Counted from the first letter of the stretch, positions 10,901 to 24,939 are shown. The stretch is DNA of 53,595 nucleotides from Vicugna vicugna (GCA_013265495.1 MU057783.1:1-53595); one strand, 5' to 3'. Made by a program: numbers and translations. Notes: generated by a model from the letters alone, not told the origin.

Positions 10901-13808
10901 TTATATGATATGTTACGTATATACTCATTTCGGAAAACAGCTTTGCCAGAAGCCCAAATCTTCAACATTAAGCTGCAAAGGCAATTACGGTCCCCAAGGG
11001 AAAGCAAGTCTTAAGACGATGCTAAGTCCTCCAAAGTCCTCTCCAGGACCGTCAGCCAAACTGCCTGCAGGTCTGCAGCTGCAGGCGGCTACATGTCTGA
11101 TTTTAAAGCAACCCCTTCCTGCCCTCGGGAGCTACAATGTCCCTCTACGCACTCCCTACTCAGGGTAAGAGCAGCCGCTGCAGAACCTTGCAGGGCAGCA
11201 CAGACAGGACTGGACACAGAGGATCAGATCTAAACTAAACCTTCTGATGACACGAGCTTGTCACTCTGTCACTTTACAGATCAAGATATATGTAGAGAGA
11301 GGTGGAGTGATATTGCTCAAATTCACAGAGCTCATAAGTGGCAAAGTCTATAACTCTGCTCCTCCCTCCGGCGTGACGCCCCAGCTGGGACGCCCACAGG
11401 GTTCTCTCGTTCCTGCCTGACCAATCCTTTACTGTCACTCATAACCCACCACAGGATCTGACCCAAGACTGGTTTTTCAGCCTCTTCTCCCTCTAGTTCC
11501 TCAGGAACAAGGCTGCTCAGGCCACTGTATGACTTCCGGCTTCCCAAACCCTCCGTGCTCAGGCTGGTCTTGCCTGTGCATCCAGCACCCTGCTCAGAGG
11601 CTCTTCCTCCCCTGCAGTAGTATGTTTCCACTCTCCACAGGGACACCCACAAAGGGGAGCCCTCCTCTCGCCCTCAGCACGGCAGGTGTCCAAGGCCACA
11701 TCCCGAGCTGCCCCATTAGGACTGCGGGTGCCCAGGTCTGCTAGTCAGACCAGCAGCCTCAGAGCCAGGGATTATGCCCGGGCCACCCTGCATACCTACT
11801 GCCCCCCTCACAGCCCCCAGCCAGCAGGTCACCTGGAAGTCACAGCAAGTGTCCCACCCAATCCAAAAGTCTCTACACTTTCCACCACCGCTGACGATTG
11901 GTTTCCACCCTTTGGTCAGTTTCACACAAAACAGCATCTTCCACTGAAGCGGGGGGTTTTTGCTTCTGCCCCCCATCCTTACTGGAAACGTCAAGGGAAA
12001 CCAAAAGGCCTTTTCTCAACGCTTTTCTGATGACACCTTCCCACCCACAATACTCACATGCTCAAGAGCTTTGGGTCCACGTGGTTTTGTTTCCCTTATG
12101 CTAAGTGGCTCAAAACACTACGGGATTCTTTCTCTTTTGAGGGTATTTGTATGTACTGTTTATTGGCTTTTATCCGTATTTGTCTCTGTCTTCAGTGTCC
12201 CTGGCAGTTGCCACTTCTCACTCCCCTCATCAGCCTCCCTCCCAACATCTAGTCTAGGAAATCAGCTGTGATGAGGGGCCCGGGGGCAGTCACAGAAGAT
12301 GCAACTAAGGCACAGAGAGGCGACATAATTTGCCCAAGAAGATCAGCTTCAACCCCCAACAGTGTGTGTCACGTCCCTCTGCTTAACTCTCATGCTAAAC
12401 TAGTTAACTTTTTATAGATTATGGTCATAAAGAGAGGAGGTATCAGAATACATATAAGGACACACATCAACTCTAAGATGTTCATTAACTACACTATTTT
12501 TTTCTATTTCAATTAAAAAAGGTAAGAACCTCTGCAGTCAATACAGCAATGTTAATGGGTTTTAAAATTAAGTTCAGAAGATAGATGCGTAAGTATCTTA
12601 TTACTCATAATTTTTTTTATGTTCACAAGACAAAATGATTTGAAAGTCTCTCTCCCCTCCCCCTACCCACTACTGGCTCTCACCTGAGCTCCCAGACCAC
12701 ACATCTAACAGCCTTTCATTTTATCCACACCTGAACTCATCAGTTTTCCCCCAGAACTCTCTCTGCAGCTTTCCCTCCTCAGAGCACAGCAGGGCCATCA
12801 TTTACCTCATTAATCCACCCAGAAACCTGGGCCTTACTCTATCCTACCTTCACACACATCATTCATCCTTTCCATTTTTATCATCATGCCTTCAATCTGT
12901 TCGCTTTTTCCCACCGACCATCATGCCGCTCAGGTGGAAGCCGCCAACACTGCCCACCTGGACTCACGAGTCTCCCAAGTGGTCCCCCAGCTGTTCTCTC
13001 CTACTTGAGACACATGGGATTGTGTCACTCCAGTGCTTTTAAGACTCTTTTAAAACCCACAATTCTTAGAAGAAATTCCAAGTTCTCCAACTTGTGAAGA
13101 TCTTTGCCATGAAACTGTCAACTCAGGGAGGGCAGGACCCGCCCTCTCCCCTCGGCCCCGCCCTCTGGCACTGCGAGGGGCTCAGGAGGACCTGCTGAGC
13201 TACACCAGCCTGTATTCTAATCCTGGTCTTGAGTTCTTAGCAAACTGCTTCACTTACCCATATAAATGCAAGGTAGATTAGAACGATTTTAGATGTTGAG
13301 CTAGAATATTTATTTGGGGATTTTGCACTAGCAACCTGCAAGTACATTTTCTAATGATTCTGCCTTCTTAAAACCACACCCAGATTTAACTAATATTTGT
13401 GGAATGCCTTCAGAGTAAAAAAAAAAAAAAAAAAACTGTAATTTCACAGACATCATGTTTTTATATGATGAAAATCCCTGACAGGGTCACATATGGAACC
13501 GCCTCACAAATGACAGAAGACAGATGAGAGGCATAAAGTAACAGGTCGCAAAGATGGTAAGAGCAAAGTTGTTTCTCCAACCCCAAAAAATTCCTGAAAG
13601 GACTGAAAATTCTGAATTTTGAATGTATAAGACTATCATATAAAGAAATAAAATAAATAACCTTCTTCATCTGGGTTTCTTGATCTGACTCCACAGTTTT
13701 TAGCAGGTCATACTGAACCCTAGCACAGAAATATCAGATGGACGAGTGGTGAGTAAGTTCCAGGAAAACTGCAGTAAATCCTCCACCTGTATGAGGGCAC
13801 ACACTCAC

Positions 13809-13925
13809 CTGTCGAAGGTGAATAGCAACCGCATTCTGGAGAAATTCAGAAGCTTCCAAGCTCCGGTTCTGGATAGTGAGGACACAGACAGATTGAATGC
13901 ACGCTTTTAAATCAGTCACTGGCAT
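13809..13925 (-). CDS. Paralogous candidate coding exon [39 protein letters not shown] (exon 13932-13809)
   Basis: Acceptor ctttttccccctgcag|, ATG at 13925, donor CAG|gtgagt; 27/39 aa identical to the arm A copy, no indels. Confidence 0.45.
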
Positions 13926-15049
13926 TCCTACACTGCAGGGGGAAAAGGAGGCCCTCAGTCAAGAGCAGAGATGTTCCTGTCATGTCCCGCAAGCGGTGCC
14001 TCAGGGACTGAGTGCCCTGCAACAGCCCAGCCCCAGGCGAGGACCCGCAGCGTTGCCCACCCAAGCAGGAGGGGCACTGTGCTTGAGAAAGCCCATCCCC
14101 GATGGGGGCAAGAGGGGCTGGTGGGGTTGAGTGAACCTATAAATGCCCACAGAAATACACCTGCATTCATTCAAGTGATACAAGCAAAAGTAGCAGGCTA
14201 TTTAACAAAATTTCAATTGTCAGTGGAACATTTGCCATTCCTTTCCACTTGTCCCCTGCACTCTGAGACAGACTTAGGCTCTCTCACACCTGCAGCTCTG
14301 ATGCAATAGATGGAAATTCCTTTTAATTTGCTGCAAATGTCCTAGCTCCCCGTGTCACTGTGTGTGTCCTCTCTTAACACAGTGGATGTCTTACTGGATC
14401 TCTCCCTGAGTTCCTTGCTCCTGCTCCTCAGATCCTAAGATAAAGGACAAGTGAAGACACATGACCAGACAAGGCACTTCCCACCCTTTACATTCAGTTC
14501 TCAAGCTTGTGCCCAAGGTGACATCCAGCCGGAAGAGTTGCCCAGGCCAATTACAAGCTGTGTGGCTTGGGTGCAGGGACAAGTGCAGGAGCTGGTTTCG
14601 GGGCCGGGCCCCACACCACTCTGTTCCCCTCTCTCCCGAGGCCCCGCTACCAAGCCCCCAGGCTCTCTGAAATTTTCCCCTCTTCTTCTACTCTACTCCA
14701 AACACTTTTCCTTTTCCTTTTTTCCCCAATTATCCCCAGCTGGAGTGATTTTTCAATCACAGTATCTGAAAAAATTTCCTGCAGCTGAAAAAGAGGTCTC
14801 CAAAGATAAATGCCCATATTCTGGTTCCTGAAGAGAGCCCCAGGCTGTTGGGACCCTCACCAATACTCAGAGGAGCATCAGACATGTTGCAGGGTCGAAA
14901 ACCCCCAACACGAGTTTGCTGATACCCCAAGGCCCGCACAGCATCCCTCCTCACAAAACTGTAGTTGGCCCACTTATCAGTTATTAAGAAGCAAACATAC
15001 AAAATTGCCCATGTTTCTTACTAAAATTATTTGAGGTGGAAAAAGAAAT

Positions 15050-15585
15050 TGTAATAAAAAGAACAAATCTGACTCCATGTTAGACCTGTTCCTTTGGCTT
15101 AACCCTGTGCCCTGTTTTCTAGGCTCAGACTTGCTAGCTCTGCACCTTTTGTAAATGAAAGTTGCCTTTAGCCTGAAATATCCAGGAGAGCCTATTCTCC
15201 GGGCTCTGATCTTTAAGGATGTTAGCTCTTCTGCACTTATGTAGAGATGGCAAGTTGCAAAATAGAGAATAACCTTTGTTTTGTTGGAGGTTTTACAGGG
15301 GCACCATGACATGACCCACAAGGACAGCTGCAAGAACAAAGGACTCCAAGTACAAACAATTCGTACAGCTAGAAGTTTGCAACAACCAACCACACCCCCG
15401 CCCCTTTTCAGTATAAAAAGAGCCTGAATTCTGACTTGAGGAAGAGGCTTCTCCAGGAAATCATTCTACCATCTTCTGGGTCTGCCAGCTTTTCAAATAA
15501 AGTCACTGTTCCTTGCTCCAACACCTCATCTCCTGGTTTATTGGCCTGTCATGCAGCAAGCAGAACGAGTTTGGACTCGGTAACA
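15050..15585 (+). mobile_element. ERV1-class solo LTR (arm B copy)
   Basis: TGTAAT...GTAACA termini, TATAAAA ~15412, AATAAA 15496-15501, flanks aaat/caat. Same insertion site as 2118-2650, so it predates the duplication. Confidence 0.88.
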
Positions 15586-17052
15586 CAATGATTGCATTGG
15601 AGGTAGTATGTCTCCACTGTTTCCTCGTTTCCAATATGTAACATGCACATCATTTATGATCTAGTGCAAATAATTCGTCTAAGACATCCACAAAACGAAA
15701 CTATACTCACCTAACTATCAACACTGAAGTCACAATTTTATATGCTGTTTAACAACACTACCAAAAATTCTAACATAGGGACTTGATTCCATGGAAATAA
15801 AATTATTTCTACTTCTTCAAAACTTTTTTTCTTTTCTATTTTATTTTGTTTTGCTTATTGAAAGGAAAACAAAGTCAAATCATTTTATTTCACGTATTTT
15901 GGTTATAGCTACATATTTTAAATACTACAAAGAGATTTAAATTGCAATTAACTGTTCATATATTAGTATAAAGATATATACACAATCAATGGGGATTAGG
16001 AAAGGAATGGATATTTACTAAAAATCCACCGCACATCCAGTCTTTTACAAGCATATCCTGGAATATAAGCTCTATTATCCAGGTGACCCCACCCCCATTC
16101 TCACTGCCGAGTCCCTTAGGAAACAACTACCAAGGCACCAGCATGGAACCACGCGATCAGTATTTAGGAATGAGGGAATTAGCTCATTCAATTCTAAAAC
16201 AAAAACCCTAAAATAAATACTGAACTTAATTACAGATAAAGAAAATTGGACCCAAAAATGTAGTTTCTTCCCCAAGGTCACAAAGCTAGTAACTGGTAAA
16301 GTCAGGATTTGAACTCAGGTCTGCCTGATTCTAAAAACTAAGATGGGAATCCCATTCCACTGGGGAGGGTCCAGCAGCACAGCCTATCACCCTGTCTTTG
16401 TTCAGATCTAGCCTTAGGCAGCCTGAGACTGCAACCCATACCTATGGAACTTGAGGGCAAATGATAACAGTAAGGATTTTATATCAAGCAGTTTCTTAGC
16501 TCTTATGTATAAAGTGTCAGCAGGTCGGAAGAAAAACTCTGGGAATTATGAGTGGGTCCAGAGCTTTATGCTGATTAGAAACTCAATCTATGAGGACAGA
16601 GTGACCTTCCCATGAGAGGCCACATTTACATAAACTAAAGGCAGCTGAGCAATGAAAACTAGCAAGACCCTGGAACTCAAGCAAGAAGGATCTCTGCCAT
16701 CCCCCACCCAGTTGCCACTTCACCCACGTGGACACGATGGCAGAAGACCCATGTTCTTGACCAATTTACCCTATCATGGATTCTCACCCATAAAAAGTTA
16801 TGACTCCATGCTGTCTTAAGTCCTTTCCAACTCAAATATGATGACACTAATATCTCAACAGAATGTCTAGGTCTCCACTTCCTCTCTTCTAATAGGAGAA
16901 TATTTCTATGGCCACAAAGTAGAAATCCATTAAAAAAAAAAAAAACCCACGAAGCCAGTCGAAAGTCTGCTTAAGAGACTTTGCTCTCACACTCAGTGAA
17001 TGAAAATTCAGAAAACGTGGTCCTTCTCCCTCAGCAAGTGGGAAGTAGCTGG

Positions 17053-17053
<1 letters not shown>

Positions 17054-17096
<43 letters not shown>
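17054..17096. repeat. (GT)n microsatellite
   Basis: About 21 TG units. Confidence 0.95.
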
Positions 17097-17100
<4 letters not shown>

Positions 17101-18129
17101 CAAATGCAATCAAGTCTGGGATACGTACAAATTTTTTTTATGTCACTGTCATTTCATAGGGATGAGCCAACATTTAAAGTAATTTGAATCTAGTGTTCTG
17201 AGAAATCCTCAGGCTCTTTTGGTGGAGGAGGGGAAAGGAAAGGAGGAAAGAGGTAAATGAAGCAAAAGAGTAAGAATATGGCTAGGGAAAAATAAGATAT
17301 TAATGTTGTTCCAACTTGCATCACATACAAATTAGGAACTGGCTTCCCCCCCCCGCCCCAATGTCTTGTCGAGCACTGAATTGCAGAAGAGACGAGAGCC
17401 CATTTCTACTTGAGCTTGTGACAGTATGTGACATTTTATAGATACAAATAATTTACCCTGATCAAACACTATATAGCAGCAGGCTAATTCTCCTATTTTG
17501 AGAGACAAGAAAACAAGAGTTCAAGGAGGGTGTATAACTTGACAAAAGTCAGAGGACCAGTAAACTAAAGAGGATGAATTCAAACTCAGCTCCTAAGGCA
17601 GAGTCTGAACTTCCCACTCCCAGGACAGGAAAACCCTTAACACACAGGTTCCCCAGCTCCAGTGCATTGTTCCTGACACCAAGCATTTCCCATGGCGATG
17701 GTCTCCAGGTCTCACAGACACAGCGCTCTGTGCAGCCAATGACCTTGATCGGACCTTGATCATCTACCTACCACGCCCACCAGGCTTCACCATATAGGCA
17801 GGAGAGCTGGCTTTCAAGTGCATACAAAGCCACCCCTGGTCTAACCTGGGCTCTTCTGCGGCTTCTCCAGCCTGAAGGCAGCCATGAAACTGCTCAGTTT
17901 GTTCATGAGCCACACTGTCTCTCTCCATCTGTCTCCCCACCTATACTACTTAGTTATGACCATTTTGATAATCTTGGAAACAAATTTTTTAAAAACAGAA
18001 AAGAAAGGGCTCTGGAACAAGTACTTAACACTTACAATTTTAAATGACAAGTTACAAAGTGAGTATTTACAAAACGAATCTGCCTTTCTAGGTGTCAGTT
18101 TTAAGCAGTTAAAAAATATATAGCAAAAA

Positions 18130-20460
18130 ATTCTCACTTACAAAATTAACAAAACATAAACAATGATCTGGAATACACTCAAAAATAATGTCCATGTTCT
18201 AAACGGAGAAACTACAGGACTGTACTGAGGGGTAAAGTAAGAGGTGTGAATGTAGAGAGATCAACATATTGCATGGAGGAAAGCAGCTTTCTAAAGATGT
18301 AAGTTCTCCTAAAAATAATTCAAAACTTCTAAAAAAAAACCCATGAAACCTCCAATCTGATTTTTTTTAACTTGAACAAAATATTTAAAACTATGCAGGA
18401 ATAATAAAGTCATAATACTAGCCAAGAAAAATTGGGATGGAAGAAAAGAATAAAAAAGAATCACACTGTTAGATATTAAATAAACTTTAACAACATGTAA
18501 TATATGGTGCCGGAGTTAGAAAGCATAGATTGACAAAGGAATCATGAGCTCGAAAAGAGACTCTAGTGAATGTAAGTCTTTTGTACAGGTGGGATTTCAA
18601 ATTAAAGAATAAAGAATGACTTCAATAATTGTCCTGGGACAATCAGAGAGTCACCTGAAAGAACAAATTGTATTCCTGTCATAATGACCACAAGAAAACT
18701 TACAGAAAGTGATGTAAATGTCAGAAAGTACTAATAACAGCAAATACCACTCTTTGCTCTATTAACTCAACGTACCCTCAGTATAACAAGTACCATTATC
18801 ATCTCCATCTTAGAGATGAAAAAAACCTACGGAAGAGATTTATTCATTGTAAGAAAGTATTTCTAAGAATAATACCAAAGATAAAACCCATAAGGAAGAC
18901 ATTTACTATCTCAAGAATATTTTGGGCCACAACAACAACAAAAAAAACCTCCTGAACAAAGTGAAAGGCAAGCAATGTCAAGAGAAAGCTCTGTGATACA
19001 TGTTGATGAAGACAAGGGGTTAATGTTCATAACATACAACGAGCTGTCACAAAGCAACCAGAAGCTCCCTCACTTAAATGTGTGCAAAGGACAAAAGGGA
19101 TCATCCATTTTAAAAAAAAGTCAAATGGCTAATGAGTGAAAAATTCTCAATACCTCACTGGTCATCAGATGCAAACTAAAACAATGAAAAAACACTTTTG
19201 CTCATCATATTGGCAAATATGCAAAAGATATACAAGCTGGTGTCCATCTGTGGGAGAACAAACTGTGAGCGACATTTTTGGAGGGCGACATGTCAATGAA
19301 TATGTAAACTCTGAAAAAGGTACATACACAATGACTCAACTCCAATTCTAGGAATCGTTTCCTTTAGGGAAAAAAAACTAAAATCAGTCCAAAAACATGT
19401 ACCTATCAGGGCATTTACACAGCACTGTTTACAATGGTGGGAAGAAAAGCTGAAGTGAAATCATATCCAGCGATAGAGAATTGGTTACATAAGCAATTCT
19501 ACATCTTTTCATTCCCCACTGGAGAAGGAATTTCTAGAGTCACTTGGAAGGAACCTGTGATGAGTGTAAACGTCACATCCAGGGAGTAAATTCCCAGAAG
19601 CCTTATCTAAGGGAATACTCATACAAGATCACAGGAATGTCTATACAAGAACGATGTCAGTCAAACATACTTTCTGACAGTGGAAAATGGAGAAAACCTG
19701 TGTCCACCATCAACACAATGATGCGGTAAATCTCGGCGAGCTGCGGGCGCTGAGGGAGCCGGCGTTTCGCTATGGTCCAGGGCCTTGTCCACAGCACTCT
19801 CCCACCAAAGGTATCCTTGCACAAGAGACCACACCTGCACATCTGGAGACCCCTCCACTCTATCTGAAAGGACCGGGTGAGTCTGCAGTGGGAGGACGTC
19901 TATGATATACCCCTGAGTGAATAAAGCGAGCTGCAGAAAAACGTATAATATGGTCTCATTTTTCAATAAAGCATATATACACATACTTATGCATAGATTT
20001 CTCATATATGTGTATGTATACGTATGTCGTAGGCACAAAGTTCATGAAATACATACACCACATTGTCAACAGCTTTTACTGTCAGAAAATAAGTGGAGGA
20101 GAGCTAGGGTCCTTTCATTTTTCACTTGATACCACTCTTCTCTACCACCGCAGTTCTCTTTTCAGTATTTCAGTTAAGTACACTTGGAATTTAAAAGTTT
20201 ATTTAAGTCCGAAGAAAAATGGACGATGCCTCCATAAGACAGAATGCTATACTGGTCATTAAAAATCATGCCACGGGAGATTAAATATTGTAGAAAAACA
20301 TGTAATTAGCCGAATGGAAAATGGAGGTCTCCACACATGTGTTTTATGACAGAGGTGATACACACTGACGAAAAGAACAGAAAAAAGATTTTAAAGTTTT
20401 AATTATTCTCTCTGAGTAGCAGGGTCAAGATAGCCTCTTTTACCCCTTTTTTCAGACTTA
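18130..20460 (+). mobile_element. Old, fragmented L1M LINE (ORF2 3' part and 3' UTR pieces)
   Basis: A-rich sequence with degenerate L1 ORF2 phrases (cactggtcatcagatgcaaactaaaacaatg; caattctaggaatc; cagcactgtttacaatgg); no ORF. Confidence 0.65.
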
Positions 20461-20548
20461 TTATATTAAATGCACATTATTTTTCATCTGAAAAAAGCAT
20501 TTTTAGGTGTGTAGCACCACACATTGGAGAAAATACACGAGTACTTAC

Positions 20549-20781
20549 AGAAACAAGTAACTAGGAGTCACCGCAGCAGCGCCACACAATGTAGAACGGG
20601 CGATCCTGATTAACACCGCGCAGCTACATAAGGACCCACAAAGTGAGAGCACCTGCTGTAACAGGGCACGGCCCCCTTCTATTTCTCAGTTGTGTCTTCA
20701 GGGCTGAGGCAGTTCTGAGCACGGTCAGTGTCAGTGCTGTTGTCTGGATGGATGCCACTGGAGGTGAGGGCACCTGCAAGC
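20549..20781 (-). other. Candidate exon of the minus-strand transcript
   Basis: Acceptor atttctgttcttcctctag|GCTTG; donor TCT|gtaagt. Confidence 0.5.
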
Positions 20782-22351
20782 CTAGAGGAAGAACAGAAAT
20801 CATCCTCTGCATTTTCTGTCTTGTTTCTTTGTTACTTCAAAAGAAAGGCATAAATAAGAATAAGATAAGCATCTTCCCTACTGAAATTTCAGTAATGAAA
20901 CCGTTTTTAAAGGCTTCACAGCTTATATTCTGCCTATAACTGTCTTTTGAAAAAGCATCATATTTATTAAATGTTAATCAACTCAGTTACTTAACTCCCT
21001 CCTGAAATTTTCTATTAAAGAAGGTGAAATGCACTACATAAAAGCACCACGCCTGCAGTGACCAGCTCAGCTGTCTTGATGGCAGTGCAGTCAGCCCGCA
21101 CCATCCTGTGGCCCTGAGCTCCTGATGCTGGGGTGAGCACGCTTCTGCCTCAGATGGAGCGGAAATGTGTGAAAGAATTTTCTGAAATCTACAGCACTGA
21201 CAAAACAGCACTGACAAATCCCAGGCCCCTTTGAGGCTGTCACTTTCTGTTTCTGGCCAACCCCCATCAATGAGCAGAACCACCCCATTCCCGAGCCATG
21301 GGACTCACGTGGGAAGGAGTTTTGGAGATATTTCCAGGTATAGAATGTAACCAACTATACATAGGACTGTGACAAAAGAAAAGATGAAATACTCTGATTT
21401 TGGAATACACTCAAAATATTCTCCTACGCCTTAGTAGCTGGAAAGGCTGGGCTTCTCCTCAGCCACTTATTTATTTCACAGCCAGTAAGCATCTCCCACA
21501 AACCCTTTTTCCCTGTGTCTGCTGGGAGTCTCAGGCACACTCTTGCTGTCGATCTTGAACTCATGGGGCAGAAGATTTTGTCTCAAGCCTGCAACCCTCA
21601 CATAGTCTCGCCTCCTAGCCTGTCTGAACTTGGCCCCATTTTCTCACCTGTTTATTTGGTATCTGTTCTTCTGTAAGCTGTCTGAAATGCTTTTAGGAAC
21701 AAGTCAGAAGAATGAGTGGGTAGATAAATGGACAGATGGACAGGTGAGAGATGGGCAGACAGGTGAGAGATGACAGAGAGGCTCCAAGAAAAGGGGAACA
21801 AAGAAAACTTCCTATGCAAAACCCTCTTCTAGTCAGGGAAGAAAACCACCACGGAGAAGTGTGAAGAAGCAGGTGGCTTTGGATTGTTTCCTTCATTCCA
21901 TGGAAAATCACCCAAGACATGAGAGGGTAGAACTATAAATAATAAAAAAAAAAAAAAAAAGCACGCATGCTTGAAAAAAATATCTACAATATGTACTTTC
22001 TAAAGAATAGATTCAAATCAGCAGGGCCCAATAACACAATCCTTGGGTATTTACAGAAGTGAGAATCCCATCTCCAAACTACAAGGCATCCCTTTGTAGC
22101 ACTGAGAGTCTACACGGGGCAGTCATAAAGCCGTCACCGCAAAAGCTATGCTATCTTGCACTTACGAGGAATGAGCAGCTGTGCTCGGGCTGCCCACGTG
22201 TGTCATTTACACCCCACAGCACCTCTACGGGGGAGGGACACCTAGCGATCCCCGTCTCTGCAGGACAGAAAACAAGTCTGGGAGAGGCTAAGCCGACCTA
22301 CCAGTTCATCTCACAAAACTGGTCACTCCAGAGCAGGACTTGAACTCGGAT

Positions 22352-22402
22352 CCATGTTTTTAATCACGGTGCCACCATGTTTTTAACCACGGTGCCACCA
22401 TG
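22352..22402. repeat. 23-bp tandem duplication
   Basis: ccatgtttttaatcacggtgcca ccatgtttttaaccacggtgcca ccatg, at the end of a MIR-like fragment. Confidence 0.85.
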
Positions 22403-22598
22403 CTTTGTGTGCTTTTTGTGTGTAATAATACATTTGTTTCTGTTATGAAAGGATATTTAATAAATGATCGGTTGCCTTGTCTACCTCATTAGCTCACAAT
22501 TAATCTTTATACTGTTGAACTGCACTCTTTTCCCTTGGAGAAAGGAAGGGAAAGAGCGGGGGTCAGAATGAGGTGGGGCTCCATTCTTTATCTGGTAC

Positions 22599-22746
22599 CT
22601 CGTCTCATCCAAGAAGTCCCCAACCAGAGAGAAGGAGTGAATGTTCTCTCCATCTGTTAAAGAGAGGGCTCCACCGATGGTGACTTGCTCAATTTCAAAA
22701 CCGAGGCTGGGGGGAAGGGCACATGAAGCAACAAGAGCAGTATCAC
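22599..22746 (-). other. Candidate exon (148 nt) of the minus-strand transcript
   Basis: Acceptor tcttttcaccttccgacag|GTG; donor GAG|gtacca; open frame DTALVASCALPPSLGFEIEQVTIGGALSLTDGENIHSFSLVGDFLDETR. Confidence 0.45.
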
Positions 22747-23249
22747 CTGTCGGAAGGTGAAAAGAGCTCACGGGAGAGCTCAGGGGGTCAGACTGATTTA
22801 ATTTCAATCAATAAAATAACACACTCTAAAAATACTACCATGCAATGGATTTGATCTTTATTGACATCTAGCAAGTTTCCACAGCCCACATGTAACATTA
22901 TCGTGAACCAGTAAAAGGAAGAGTCTACAGACAAAAAAATCAATGCCACAGGCAGGCTGAAACCCAGGCTGGAGGAAAGGAAGAGAAAGGGCATAGTTAA
23001 GAAGAAGTGGGGAAAGGCTGGAAAAAGGACATCAGTGCAAAGGCTGGCTCTCAAGCATCAACCCAACAATCATATAATCATTCATTCGAGAGAGTTACTA
23101 AGGTCCTATTGTGTGCAAGACTGTTAGTGGGCGAAGCAAGAGCGCAGAGACCATGATGGCAGCAAGGGGCGGGGCTCAAATACAACCAAATTTTGACCCC
23201 GGTACCCTGAACACTTGTCCTCAGTATAAAGGCAAAAAAAAGTGTACAA

Positions 23250-23545
23250 CAATACTCTGTAGACTCAAAGCATTGTTGAAAAAAATTAAAGAAGATCTAA
23301 ATACATGGACAGACACACCACGCACATTCCTGGATCACATGACAGATTTCTTGGGATGGCAGTGCTCCCCAGAGCGATCCGTATACTCAACGTGGTCTCG
23401 ATCACAATCCCTGCGGGCTCCTCTGCAGTAACTGAATAGCTGCTGCTACAATTCATATGGGAATTCGAGGGTCTCAGTAACCAAAACGTACTTGGAAAAG
23501 AACAACGTGAGAGGACTTGTAATTCTCAATTTCCAACCTTACAAC
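23250..23545 (+). mobile_element. L1 ORF2 fragment
   Basis: Translates as KALLKKIKEDLNTWTDTP, the L1 ORF2 'EIKEDLNKWKDIP' motif, followed by aattcatatgg and gaggactt motifs. Confidence 0.8.
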
Positions 23546-24939
23546 TGTATCTCCAGGTGCGATTAGAGGCCATTTTTAAGTTATTACTGCGTTTATCCTT
23601 ATTTTCTAAATTCTTTACAATGAATATAGCTGTTACAATAAGAAAAAAAAAGTAAGTTATCTTTCAAAACATGCACACCGATTCATTCACTGGGGAAAAA
23701 AATTAACTATAAAGAGGTAAACAAATATTTAGTGAAAAAGGACTACTTAAAAACAAGAGTGCATTTACATTTTCCATACAATGAAAACTGAAAAACACAA
23801 ACAAATCAAGGGTCTACGGAGACCGATGAAACATATTAAAAGTTATTTTCAAAAATTCTAATTGAACAATGGAAACTCAAGAAAGGGAAAATCGTGATTG
23901 ACAGCCAACTGCAAACACATGGAGAGCAAAGGCCTAGATATCACAGTTCCTTTAATTCTGCTACTAACTCAGTAGGAGAGGAAATTCCTCACTGATGGGA
24001 GATTGGAATCCCATGCGTAAGACAGGATACACAGTACAAACTGCACTAGACGTGGGGGTGATTTTTTAGAATTCTAAAGTTACAACATTGCTGAAAAACT
24101 ACAAAAACACTGAAAGACAGATTGAAACACACACACATATATATTATATATAAATGTATGATGTCTCCTCCATGTTGCATAGAAATACAAACATACATTT
24201 TGTTCATTTATGGGCCCTGATTACTTTATCCCAGGTAGAATATTTCAACTAAAACAAATAATCAATAATACACTCCTCTTGTCAAACCTAGTTTATAAGT
24301 TAGTCAACCATAATGTGTCAAAGATAGATCTAAAATTATTGAAAATATCTTTGTATGGTTTCTCGAAGTCTTCTCAAATTTCCAAGCTTTATTTTAAAAT
24401 AGATCTGAGCAGTATTTCTATATTATCTTTTCCCCTGTGAAATGAACAACAAAGTCTGTTGTCAAAATTCTGTCCTTACAATTATTCACGAGCACCGTAT
24501 CCTCACAAAACTGCTGGACAGCAAGGCACTATCCAGACACTGTGACCAAACAAAATGAAACACAAGGAAGACGATGACCCTATTCTGGAGGGCTTATAAT
24601 CTATATCAACACTGGGGTTTTTATTTGAGTGGTTAGCAAAATAAAATCAATCATGTGCTTTCTTTGAGCATTCTGTAAGTCTTGACTCTGTTTTTAGTGT
24701 CATGAGCAGGAAAGACTTAAGCATGACTTTATTAGATCAATTAGCAACAATCATCACTGGAGGGTGAGTAATAAAGAAATTAACTGACAGCAGTTCTTCT
24801 GCCTACATGAGACCTAAAACAAACCTACACTGAGCTCTGTAAGGAAAATGAGGAGATGAGGTCCCAAATGAGAAAAAAAAAAAAACTAACAAGAAATCAA
24901 AAAAGTAAAGATTTTACATTAAGGACTCTGGGAAGGAGT

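Larger units (their letters stand above)
10771..17707 (-). repeat. Arm B of the inverted segmental duplication
   Basis: Reverse-complement match to 1-7037, including the shared LTR, L2, MIR and CA/GT microsatellite; about 90% identity by eye with indels and near-identical tracts. Confidence 0.97.
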
